This document shows positions 49,933 to 58,299 of a stretch of 64,000 bases of DNA, in pieces. Every line of letters begins with the position of its first letter. The stretch's first letter is position 1. The position numbers and the translations under genes are program-made. Source of the DNA: Patescibacteria group bacterium (GTDB lineage Bacteria > Patescibacteriota > Gracilibacteria > UBA4473); contig CBFIAK010000001.1 in NCBI GenBank assembly GCA_965660445.1, positions 736,001 through 800,000 of the forward strand. The letters are read 5' to 3'. The notes below the pieces were generated by a model, which saw nothing but the letters and a program-made list of their open reading frames with translations, had not been told where the DNA came from and did no database searches.

Positions 49933-51834
49933 TTATTTTTTTTGTTTTTGAAACGGCAACCGAAACACAAACTTTTTGTAATACCAATACCAAATCAGAG
50001 TCCCTACAAAAAGAATACTCACGCTCCAAATCCACACCCATTGGTTCATAAACCATCGATTATCTTCTTCATCACAGGCATCACCAATACCATCACTATC
50101 CATATCTTCTTGCCGAGGGTTTGAGACATCTACACAATTATCAAGACCATTCGCAATACCGTCTTGATCATTATCGTCACATACATCCCCTACTCCATCA
50201 TCATTGAAATCTGCTTGGTTTGGGTTTGGAATATGAATACAGTTATCATCTATACCTTGTATACCATCACCGTCACTATCTTCACAAACATCCCCCACTC
50301 CGTTGTAATTAAAATCATTCTGATTCGGATTGAAAACTTGAATACAGTTATCACACACATCTCCTACTCCATCACTATCAGTATCTCGTTGGTCAGCATT
50401 CGGCACATAAAAACAATTATCAGTAAAATCCAAAACACCATCCCGATCGAAATCGTGTTGCCGAGCATGATTTTCTCGGGCTTCACACGCATCACCTCTA
50501 TTGGTATAATTTTGATCTTTTTGGTCAGGGTTGTAGATTTCACAGTTATCACACACGTCCCCTATCCCATCAAGATCTATATCTCGTTGGTCAGCATTCG
50601 ATACATATGGACAATTATCAAGAACATCTGGTACTCCATCTTCATCAAGATCAGAGTCACACGCATCCCCGGCCCCGTTATTATTCACATCTCGTTGATC
50701 TGGATTGGCTGTATACACGCAATTATCACGAAGTCCGATGATACCATCTTCATCTGAATCTTCACACAAATCCCCTATTTCGTTTCCGTCTTTATCTTCT
50801 TGATACGGATTATAAATATCTCGGCAATTATCAATACTATCACCTATTCCATCTCCATCGGTATCAATATCAAAAAAATGTCGTTCATTTGGGTTATAAT
50901 CACAAGCATCTCCAAGTCCATCGCTATCTACATCTTCTTGACGAGGATTCGGCACAAATGGACAATTATCTTTTTGGTTTAAAACTCCGTCCTTATCTAG
51001 ATCTGATATAAAATGAGGATTTTCTTCAAGCACAGGATTATAAATAGGCGTTGCAATACTCACTCTATAAGGAGGAGGATTCGTGGTATTTCGATTATGA
51101 ATCGCTGGAAAAAGTGTTTGAGGTTCACAAGTATAGTTTTGATATATATGCACACCTGTTAAATCGTTCAGGCGAAGAAGATACGTATCTTTTTCTTGTT
51201 CCCATACTCGGATATCATGAACCATGAGACGATCCTGATCTTCTTCAAATGCGAAAGAAGTGATTGGTTCGAACTGAATAAGAAGATACCGAAACGCATG
51301 CTGTTCAGGATTTTTCACTTGCTGAAAATTCTGATTGTCACTTGATACGAAATAATACGGCACATAATTACCTGAAAACTGAAGTCGAATAAACGTTTTT
51401 TGTGGATCAAGAATTCGTTTCATATCGAGTAATAATCGTGCCGGATATTCTCGCATAAACTGAAAAGAAAGAGCTGTTTGATAATTATTATCTTGGAGTG
51501 TTGCTGTTTGTAAAGAAGTGGTATTTCCTTGACTCCAAAGAGCTTGATAATTCACATTTGTTTGGATTCCTTTTTCTAAAAGACTGAGGGCTTGAATCGT
51601 ATTTTGATGAACGAAGAAAAGGTCTGGGGAGGAATGAATATTTACTTTCACGGTTCCGTATTCTGTATTTTCAAAAAATGAATACTTCGAAAAACAAGCT
51701 TCATTCGCAACATCGTCCCATGTTTGAGCGTATACAATAGGAAAAAGAGCGCATAAAACAAAGCTTCCCCAGATAAATAACCGGAGTGTATACGCTTGAA
51801 AAAAGAGTTTATATGTTTGTGTTTGTCTTGTCAT
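49933..51834 (-). CDS. Thrombospondin type 3 repeat surface protein with C-terminal TM anchor
   Basis: Many D.D.DG…DNC…N..Q.D.D.DG.GD.C repeats; signal peptide; C-terminal TM and basic tail. Confidence 0.9.
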   Translation of the reverse strand: MTRQTQTYKLFFQAYTLRLFIWGSFVLCALFPIVYAQTWDDVANEACFSKYSFFENTEYGTVKVNIHSSPDLFFVHQNTIQALSLLEKGIQTNVNYQALWSQGNTTSLQTATLQDNNYQTALSFQFMREYPARLLLDMKRILDPQKTFIRLQFSGNYVPYYFVSSDNQNFQQVKNPEQHAFRYLLIQFEPITSFAFEEDQDRLMVHDIRVWEQEKDTYLLRLNDLTGVHIYQNYTCEPQTLFPAIHNRNTTNPPPYRVSIATPIYNPVLEENPHFISDLDKDGVLNQKDNCPFVPNPRQEDVDSDGLGDACDYNPNERHFFDIDTDGDGIGDSIDNCRDIYNPYQEDKDGNEIGDLCEDSDEDGIIGLRDNCVYTANPDQRDVNNNGAGDACDSDLDEDGVPDVLDNCPYVSNADQRDIDLDGIGDVCDNCEIYNPDQKDQNYTNRGDACEARENHARQHDFDRDGVLDFTDNCFYVPNADQRDTDSDGVGDVCDNCIQVFNPNQNDFNYNGVGDVCEDSDGDGIQGIDDNCIHIPNPNQADFNDDGVGDVCDDNDQDGIANGLDNCVDVSNPRQEDMDSDGIGDACDEEDNRWFMNQWVWIWSVSILFVGTLIWYWYYKKFVFRLPFQKQKK

Positions 51835-51959
51835 TATCGCAACAATTATAGTATTTTATTGCAACGAGTGCAAAAAAGAAATGCATCACTTTTACTTGCC
51901 TCAAAAAATATTTATGCCTAGAATAATTGGGAAGACTATTTCTTAATATTTGTATTCAC

Positions 51960-52511
51960 ATGGGATTCTTTTCAAAACTCTTTGGCATGAAGAAATCATG
52001 CTGTAAAAGCGAATCTTCGCATTCAGGATGTTGTGGTTCTCACGCACCTCAACCCGAAAAAAAGTCATGTTGTGGTGGTGGCGGATGTCATTCTGCTCAT
52101 GAGTCAAATGAATTAACAGAAGAAGACCACGCCATTGTGCGGTCTTTAGACGACCGCATTCTCATTGGAAAAGTTCTTGAAGTATCAGCACACCCTGATG
52201 CAAAAATAACAAAAGTAAAAGTAACAAAAGTTGATGTAGGCCGTAGCGATCCGTTACAGGTTCTATGTGGTGGTATCAATGTTTCTGTGGGGCAGATTGT
52301 AGCTGTGGCATGTGTTGGATCTGAATTATCAGACGATTTTTCTATAGAAGAACGAGATATTCGAGGTGTAAAAAGTTCTGGCATGATTTGCGCTCGATCG
52401 GAGCTTGGTATTTCTGCTGGAAACGAAAAAAAAGGAGAAATCTGGTCACTTCCATCACAATACGAAGCATCTGTTGGAAAACCACTACGAGATATGGTGG
52501 AAGCGCAGTGA
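51960..52511 (+). CDS. Stand-alone tRNA-binding OB domain (PheT B2/YtpR-like) with Cys/His-rich N-terminus
   Basis: IGKV…HPDA…VDVG…QVLCGG.N…IRGVKSSGMIC…ELG; N-terminal CC..CC..CC..CH; ATG 51960. Confidence 0.85.
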   Translation: MGFFSKLFGMKKSCCKSESSHSGCCGSHAPQPEKKSCCGGGGCHSAHESNELTEEDHAIVRSLDDRILIGKVLEVSAHPDAKITKVKVTKVDVGRSDPLQVLCGGINVSVGQIVAVACVGSELSDDFSIEERDIRGVKSSGMICARSELGISAGNEKKGEIWSLPSQYEASVGKPLRDMVEAQ

Positions 52512-52640
52512 AGGCTCCGATTTCAGAATTAGAAATTATGGGGAATCGCAGGAATCACGAGGTGGTGCACAGCCTTGTGATTTTTGTGTTACTTGTGATT
52601 CATTCCAGATTCAAGATTCAAAATTCCAGATTCCAACTTT
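52500..52640 (+). repeat. Structured repeat element, copy A
   Basis: Imperfect direct repeat of 56124-56278; internal hairpin AATCACGAGG/CCTTGTGATT; GATTC-type heptamer tail. Confidence 0.85.
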
Positions 52641-52651
52641 GATTGACGCTC

Positions 52652-52680
52652 TTGATATTTCTTCTTTTTTATAGTATAAT
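52652..52680 (+). promoter_or_regulatory. Sigma70-type promoter
   Basis: TTGATA-N17-TATAAT upstream of 52701. Confidence 0.6.
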
Positions 52681-52700
52681 AATATGATAATAAACCATCT

Positions 52701-54482
52701 ATGCTCATCTCTTTTCCTATGGAATATTCCCTCTCCCGATTCATTTTTCAACACCAATCTCCTGAAAAAAATGTAGATACAACTTCACAACCTCTAGAAC
52801 AGACACAAGAACAAAAAATTCAAAAAATTGTTGATACCATTATTCAGCTTCACCAAGAAAGTTTCACACAAAACAAAAACATCATTCAAAAAATCCTTGA
52901 TGAAGAACTCGAACCACTGCTTGAAACTTTAGAAAGTAATTCTGAAATTCATAAAGCGGTACAAGACCTAAAAAATCTTTCTTATAACGTAGAGATACTC
53001 CTCCAAGAAAAAAATAAAACCATCACAATAGATGTTTTAGACCCAGAGAAAACAGGTGTTGTTTATCAATACTTGTCGGATGACCATACTCGGTTTATAC
53101 CCGATGAAGGTCTTCTTCTCAATGGAGAAATAATTCAACGTGCTGATGTGATAAAAACTGATTTCCAAAAAATGAAAGTGTCTGATCTCACTCCTCAAAG
53201 TATTCAAGATGCTATCACAGAAGCTCTATCTACTCAGTCTCTTGACGGAACCATGCCTTCTTCAGAAGAAATTCGTTTTCTTCTTCATGCTATCCACACA
53301 GGAGAAGCAAACATACAAACACTCCAATCAATCCTTAAAAAAATTGATACCAGACTCAATAATACCCTTGATCAAAACCAAGGTATTGATGGAAAATACG
53401 GATACGCCACTTCTGAAGCTGTTCAAAAACTAAGTCTGACCCTCAGTAAATTCCTGTCTCGGGAAATAAATGTAGCTCCCAATACTTTTGAAATTGAAAA
53501 ACAAAAAGAGATTCAAGAAAAAGCAGAAAAAAGATCTCAATATAATCATATCTTTTACATAATAGATGCAAGTGCTAGTAACCAGAAAAATATAAAAATA
53601 GGATTAGATATTATAAAAAGATCTAAATTATTAAATAAAAATTCAAAAATAGAGATACATAGTTTTGAAAACATTTATTCAAAGGATAAAAATAAAGAGA
53701 ATATTGCACAAGAATGTCTCAGATTTATACAAAAAATCAAAGAACATATTGAAGATAAAAAAATAGATGGAAAAGAACCAGTTCTTCTCATACTCCAAAC
53801 CGACACTGATATGGATAGTCCTTTACAAGGTTTTGATATAAATACAATAAATGAAATTAATACACTTATAAAAGATACGAATATAATCATAGAGTTTGAG
53901 AGACGAACAACGAGTGGTCATTACCATAGCACAACTTCATTTCAAGAACTCTATACATCTTATAAAGAACAAAAAGAACTTGTAACATCACTTATTAGAA
54001 TAGATGAAATAGAACAAGAATTTAAAAAACGTTTTAAAAAATCCATGATAGAAAAATTTGGAACGAGTACTGTATACAATTACAGTATACAAAATTTCGA
54101 TAAAGAATATAAAGAAAGCAATAGGAGAGAAGGATCAGAAGGTGATATAGTAAACATTTATTATAATTCATTTAGGGCTTATAATAATTTTACAAATTTC
54201 ATACAAAAAGAAATAAATAATTTAAATCGTAGTGAATTCGTCGTAACACATGAATCAAAAAAGTATCAAGCACTACTAAATGAATACAAAAAACTACAAG
54301 AAGCTATAATAAAACAATATGAAAATCCTTATGCTGGTGAAGTAAATGCAAGAAAGGAAATTGGATTTACAATGACAACAAAAACAGAATTTGATACAAA
54401 TAACAGAAATAAAAGAAATAAAAGAAAACAATATTTCAATTTTTATCCGCAATTTACTCAATTCAAAAAATCAACGCAATAA
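52701..54482 (+). CDS. Hypothetical protein with peptidoglycan-binding-like and VWA-like motifs
   Basis: IQTLQSIL…GIDGKYG..T..AV (PG_binding_1-like); IFYIIDASAS and LILQTD (MIDAS-like). Confidence 0.6.
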   Translation: MLISFPMEYSLSRFIFQHQSPEKNVDTTSQPLEQTQEQKIQKIVDTIIQLHQESFTQNKNIIQKILDEELEPLLETLESNSEIHKAVQDLKNLSYNVEILLQEKNKTITIDVLDPEKTGVVYQYLSDDHTRFIPDEGLLLNGEIIQRADVIKTDFQKMKVSDLTPQSIQDAITEALSTQSLDGTMPSSEEIRFLLHAIHTGEANIQTLQSILKKIDTRLNNTLDQNQGIDGKYGYATSEAVQKLSLTLSKFLSREINVAPNTFEIEKQKEIQEKAEKRSQYNHIFYIIDASASNQKNIKIGLDIIKRSKLLNKNSKIEIHSFENIYSKDKNKENIAQECLRFIQKIKEHIEDKKIDGKEPVLLILQTDTDMDSPLQGFDINTINEINTLIKDTNIIIEFERRTTSGHYHSTTSFQELYTSYKEQKELVTSLIRIDEIEQEFKKRFKKSMIEKFGTSTVYNYSIQNFDKEYKESNRREGSEGDIVNIYYNSFRAYNNFTNFIQKEINNLNRSEFVVTHESKKYQALLNEYKKLQEAIIKQYENPYAGEVNARKEIGFTMTTKTEFDTNNRNKRNKRKQYFNFYPQFTQFKKSTQ

Positions 54483-56092
54483 TGTTCATCCCTATAGATA
54501 TCGACAACGGATTCGAAAAACAAAAGGAAACAGAAATAAATACACGATCTATTCCGATAGTACAACAAGTTTCTGAAGATTTCAAAACTCAATATCTTGA
54601 TACCATTAAAGATAAAGATGGAAATTCTATTGAATTAGAAGACGCAAGTTGTGAAAATTGTGTAAGAATGAATGGGTTAAGTTCATCTGAGAAAAAAGAA
54701 TTAGACGAGTTACTGAATAAACAAGAAATAAATGAAATCGATCAAGCGATAAGAATTGCAAGTGAATCATCATTTTTTTATGACTACATAGCCTCTGAAG
54801 AAGTACAAAGATATTTCTCGAATCCTGATTTTCAGAAACATTTACTTCTTACAATGATTTCTAAAAAACACTACGGTCCGGTTCTTTCAACTATTCCATA
54901 TATAGATTTCCCTGGGAAGATGGAAATATTCTCAAAAGCCTGTGCTGAGATAGAAGTTAATATTGGAGGTGCATTAGATAGTTTTGAATCTCTCTATAAA
55001 AATAAAAAAATAACTCTTGAAGAACACGAAAAACTTAAAAACATACTCCTTTCAAAAAAAGGAGATTTTCGTTCTTTACTTGCTCAAAGTGAAGATAATA
55101 CATTCTCTTTATTTCAAGCTCATCCTGCTTACAATTTTGCAGTTCAATACAAATCGCACATAGAAAACGTTTTGCAAACCAATACCGATATTGCTCAATA
55201 CTATGACCTCGACAAAAAACGTCAACGCGAAGAAATAATTTTCCTTATCGCCGAAAACTTGTTTCACAAAGGTATCACTCAAAATATCGATGACACCATC
55301 ATTGAAGAATGTATTCAAGATTTTCTTCAGTTTCGACACAAATATGAAGACATGACTCTTTTTGAAGACCGAAACGTTTTATTGATTGCCAGTAACGAAG
55401 AGAGATTAGAAGAAGATGAACGTGGTGAGGATCAACACACTGGTGAGTTTCGGTTTGGACAAGAAAAAACGATTAAAATGATGAAAAAACAAGCTGATGA
55501 TTTTGATATTCTCCGTCCAGCAGATCTTAGCATGAAAACCGCCAAAGAAGAACTCAAACAAAAAATTATCAATGCGCCTAAAAACACAACATTTGTATTT
55601 GCTGGTCATGGAGGAACATGGAAAAATGGAAGTATAAGTTTTGGTGAATACAAAGAATCAAAAAAAATTGATTGGTTTATTTTTGATACTGATGAAATGG
55701 TTGATGCTTTTGTGGAGCGATACCAAAAACATAATAATATTTCGAAAGACAATCCCGATATAATTATTTTTTCGAGTTGTTACAACAACAATATTTATCA
55801 TCGCTTCATTGAGATACTAAAACAAAAAATGCCCAATGCTCCTTTGCCAATCGGAGTTCTTCCCGCAGAGTTTGGACAAGTACTGATCGATACCGACACA
55901 CAATACGACCATGATATTTTTTTAAACCTTGAAAAAAAATACGGTGAAAAACATGATATAAAACTCAAAGACATTTTTGATATCGAGTTTGATCCCCATA
56001 CCCCAGATAACCCTTCGATCTATATCCCCCATCAAGGAAATATTCAGAAGATAGCAGTAAATTTGGATAAATCTCCAAATTTAGAATCTTGA
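54482..56092 (+). CDS. Hypothetical protein with C-terminal clan CD (caspase-fold) cysteine peptidase-like domain
   Basis: FVFAGHGG and IIFSSCYN give a His-Gly/Cys dyad after hydrophobic strands; TAATG coupling to upstream gene. Confidence 0.6.
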   Translation: MFIPIDIDNGFEKQKETEINTRSIPIVQQVSEDFKTQYLDTIKDKDGNSIELEDASCENCVRMNGLSSSEKKELDELLNKQEINEIDQAIRIASESSFFYDYIASEEVQRYFSNPDFQKHLLLTMISKKHYGPVLSTIPYIDFPGKMEIFSKACAEIEVNIGGALDSFESLYKNKKITLEEHEKLKNILLSKKGDFRSLLAQSEDNTFSLFQAHPAYNFAVQYKSHIENVLQTNTDIAQYYDLDKKRQREEIIFLIAENLFHKGITQNIDDTIIEECIQDFLQFRHKYEDMTLFEDRNVLLIASNEERLEEDERGEDQHTGEFRFGQEKTIKMMKKQADDFDILRPADLSMKTAKEELKQKIINAPKNTTFVFAGHGGTWKNGSISFGEYKESKKIDWFIFDTDEMVDAFVERYQKHNNISKDNPDIIIFSSCYNNNIYHRFIEILKQKMPNAPLPIGVLPAEFGQVLIDTDTQYDHDIFLNLEKKYGEKHDIKLKDIFDIEFDPHTPDNPSIYIPHQGNIQKIAVNLDKSPNLES

Positions 56093-56278
56093 ATCTCGAA
56101 TCTGGAATCTTGTTCCCATCGCAGAAGCGCAGTGAAGTCTTCGACTTCAGAAGCATGAATTAAGAATTATGAATTATGAGGAATCGCAGGAATCACAAGG
56201 TGGTGCAAAGCCTTGTGATTTTTGTGCTCCCTGTGATTCATTCCAGATTCCGGATTCTAGATTCCAGATTCTAACTTT
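56081..56278 (+). repeat. Structured repeat element, copy B, with heptamer-built inverted arms
   Basis: Core matches copy A; TTAGAATCTTGAATCTCGAATCTGGAATC is complementary to the GATTC-heptamer tail ending GATTCTAA. Confidence 0.85.
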
Positions 56279-56333
56279 TTCCTATTCTCATTTCTCTTCG
56301 TTGACAATGGAAATGACTTCATTAGTATAAAAA

Positions 56334-56501
56334 ATGATGAAAACAAACCAAGATATTTCTTATACGATTGAAAAGAAAGGACATCAAGAATACATTGTTA
56401 TTCCTCTTCATCTTTTCGAGGAAAACTCATTAGAAGATTTACATGATATTCTTTTTGCGAAACACCAACTCAAAACACAAGATTTTGTGCCATTCCAATA
56501 A
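56334..56501 (+). CDS. Putative antitoxin, 55 aa (not in ORF track)
   Basis: MMKTNQDISYTIEKKGHQEYIVIPLHLFEENSLEDLHDILFAKHQLKTQDFVPFQ; TTGACA-N16-TAGTAT just upstream; TAATG overlap with the RelE-like frame. Confidence 0.7.
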   Translation: MMKTNQDISYTIEKKGHQEYIVIPLHLFEENSLEDLHDILFAKHQLKTQDFVPFQ

Positions 56502-56764
56502 TGTATAGTCTTTTTATAGCGAAAAATACTCAAAAGAAACTTCTTAAAATAAATAAAAAAGAGAACAAAAAATACAAATCGACATTTTGTCTTTGCGTTA
56601 TTTTCCGGATGTAAAAAACATCAAAAAAACTAACCTCACAGGAGCCATTTTGGAGAATGAAATCAGGCACGTATCGCATTATTCTTGTTGTTGATACAAA
56701 GTTAGAACAAATACAAATAACACATATTCGGAAGCGCAGTGAAAAGACATATAAATCTTTATAG
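56501..56764 (+). pseudogene. RelE/ParE-family toxin interrupted by two compensating frameshifts
   Basis: Joined frames give MYSLFIAKNTQKKLLKINKK/KIQIDILSLRYFPDVKNIKK/LTSQEPFWRMKSGTYRIILVVD…ITHIRKRSEKTYKSL; shifts in A-runs near 56555-56572 and 56623-56629. Confidence 0.75.
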
Positions 56765-56785
56765 GAGAGAAAAAAACAAAAAAAA

Positions 56786-56813
56786 ATCCGATGCAATATA
56801 TATTGCATCGGAT
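56786..56813. terminator. Terminator palindrome
   Basis: Perfect palindrome ATCCGATGCAATATATATTGCATCGGAT preceded by an A-run. Confidence 0.75.
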
Positions 56814-56837
56814 AATTGAGTTATAAAACAAATCGTC

Positions 56838-57740
56838 TTATGAAGACACTTTTACAAACCGAAAGGTTTGTGAAGCGTTTTTGATAGTCAGGCGCACAAA
56901 GTATATACCCGCTGGGTATGTGTGAGTATGTATGGGTATATGGAATTGAGTTCCAGAAACCATAAATGACTCTTTTGTGTTTCCCATTATATCAACAATT
57001 TCAAGAGATATTGTTTCAAATTGTTTGAGTTGTATGTCCATATACCCGAAATCATTCATCGGGTTTGGATACACCTGTGGTACTTTCACTGTAAATGACG
57101 CTACAGAATTTGTAGGGTCATAAATCGTGATTTCAATGGCACTATCGTCTAAGTCTTGGCGAAGCGCGTTTTTATGCGAAAGAGTAAGGGTTTCATTCCC
57201 TACTTTTATCGCACGAAACGTAGCTGAAGACTGTGTGTAGTTTATGAGTTCTATGTTTCCGTTTTGAGCGAGAAACGTCGGAACCCATGAAGTCATTTTA
57301 TCTGTATCACCCTTCAAAGTGACAGTAAACTCATCACCGACTCGAATAGAATCAGGCAGAGAACTTGGATCAAGTGTTGGAATCTCTAAAGACTCCACAT
57401 ACTTCACCAATATGTAATCCATGGCAAACGCATCTTCTATACCGTTTATAGAAACGGAGTAGGCTACAAGTCTACTGTTTAATGCTTGTGTACCTGGATT
57501 TTGAGAATAATCCGCATGAAGTTTGCTTTTTTCTGGAAACAGAACTTCATTAAGAAAAAAGCTTTCTCCCCCTGTATACAAAACATTACCTGTATTTTCA
57601 TCGTTCCATCCCGGAAATACTTGTATACGACGAGTAACACCCGCTTCTATTGTAAGGGTGTCTGGTCGAGTTTGTGTTTGCGCATAAAGCGATGTGATAC
57701 TGGAAAGTATCAGTATAAGAGATATAAGAATATAGCGCAT
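56838..57740 (-). CDS. Secreted protein with T9SS type A (Por) C-terminal sorting-like domain
   Basis: Signal peptide; VYPNP…I.DI.G…PAGIYFVRL…F.FVK; AAGGAG RBS. Confidence 0.85.
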   Translation of the reverse strand: MRYILISLILILSSITSLYAQTQTRPDTLTIEAGVTRRIQVFPGWNDENTGNVLYTGGESFFLNEVLFPEKSKLHADYSQNPGTQALNSRLVAYSVSINGIEDAFAMDYILVKYVESLEIPTLDPSSLPDSIRVGDEFTVTLKGDTDKMTSWVPTFLAQNGNIELINYTQSSATFRAIKVGNETLTLSHKNALRQDLDDSAIEITIYDPTNSVASFTVKVPQVYPNPMNDFGYMDIQLKQFETISLEIVDIMGNTKESFMVSGTQFHIPIHTHTYPAGIYFVRLTIKNASQTFRFVKVSS

Positions 57741-57807
57741 AATGCACTCCTTTTGAATTAGTTTTTAAAAATTTTATTTTCAATTTTTGTGTCTCAAATC
57801 ACGATTT

Positions 57808-57855
57808 GTGTCAAAGAACTGCATCAAATATACAATGTTTTCTTGTTTATGTCAA
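57808..57855 (-). promoter_or_regulatory. Sigma70 promoter with CAGTTCTTTGA motif at the predicted +1
   Basis: TTGACA-N17-TATATT-N5-CAGTTCTTTGACAC. Confidence 0.75.
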
Positions 57856-57929
57856 ATTGAATTAGAATCTAGATTCCATATTCCGTATTCTAATCTGTTC
57901 CTTTTTTCGCGACTTTCGAAAGACATGCG

Positions 57930-58048
57930 AATGATTGATGAAAGCAGTGGAATAATGAAGCTCTGCTGTCTGACAATTTTTCTCTTCTTTTGTGATTCTA
58001 AATTTATGAAAAAATTGGAGTTCAGAGCTTCCCACTGATGAATCATTT
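57930..58048. other. Long nested inverted repeat, possible structured RNA
   Basis: Pairs AATGATT/AATCATT, CAGTGG/CCACTG, GAAGCTCTG/CAGAGCTTC, CAATTTTT/AAAAATTG. Confidence 0.45.
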
Positions 58049-58165
58049 CATTCCCATAGCTTGAGAACCGTCGCCCACCTTTTTTCGTTCTTTTTTGGTG
58101 GTCAAAAAAGGACAAACAGAAATAAATAGGAATCACAGTGAAGTCTCAAAAAAACAAAACAATAT

Positions 58166-58213
58166 TTGACAAATTGGTAAAAATATTATATAAAAATTAC
58201 AGTTCTTTGAAAA
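58166..58213 (+). promoter_or_regulatory. Sigma70 promoter with CAGTTCTTTGA motif at the predicted +1
   Basis: TTGACA-N17-TATAAA-N5-CAGTTCTTTGAAAA. Confidence 0.75.
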
Positions 58214-58299
58214 TCAATCAATAAAAAGTCTTTTGTTGGAAACAACAAAAAAAGAAAAAAGAAAATAAATATTCATGAATTAATAAAAAGGAGTCAGCA

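Noticed and set aside
50164-50757. 197-aa Ile-rich ORF on the + strand
   Set aside because: Antisense shadow of the Asp-rich TSP3 repeats
52500-56278. Integron attC sites
   Set aside because: The TAAC-like and TTAG-like ends are in the opposite order to RYYYAAC…GTTRRRY, and no integron integrase is present in the window
56731-56743. Third GAAGCGCAGTGAA copy of the repeat start
   Set aside because: Only 13 bp, lies in RelE-like coding sequence (RKRSE) and lacks the rest of the element; may be chance
56530-56808. 92-aa minus-strand ORF
   Set aside because: Antisense to the RelE-like sequence and starts inside a terminator palindrome
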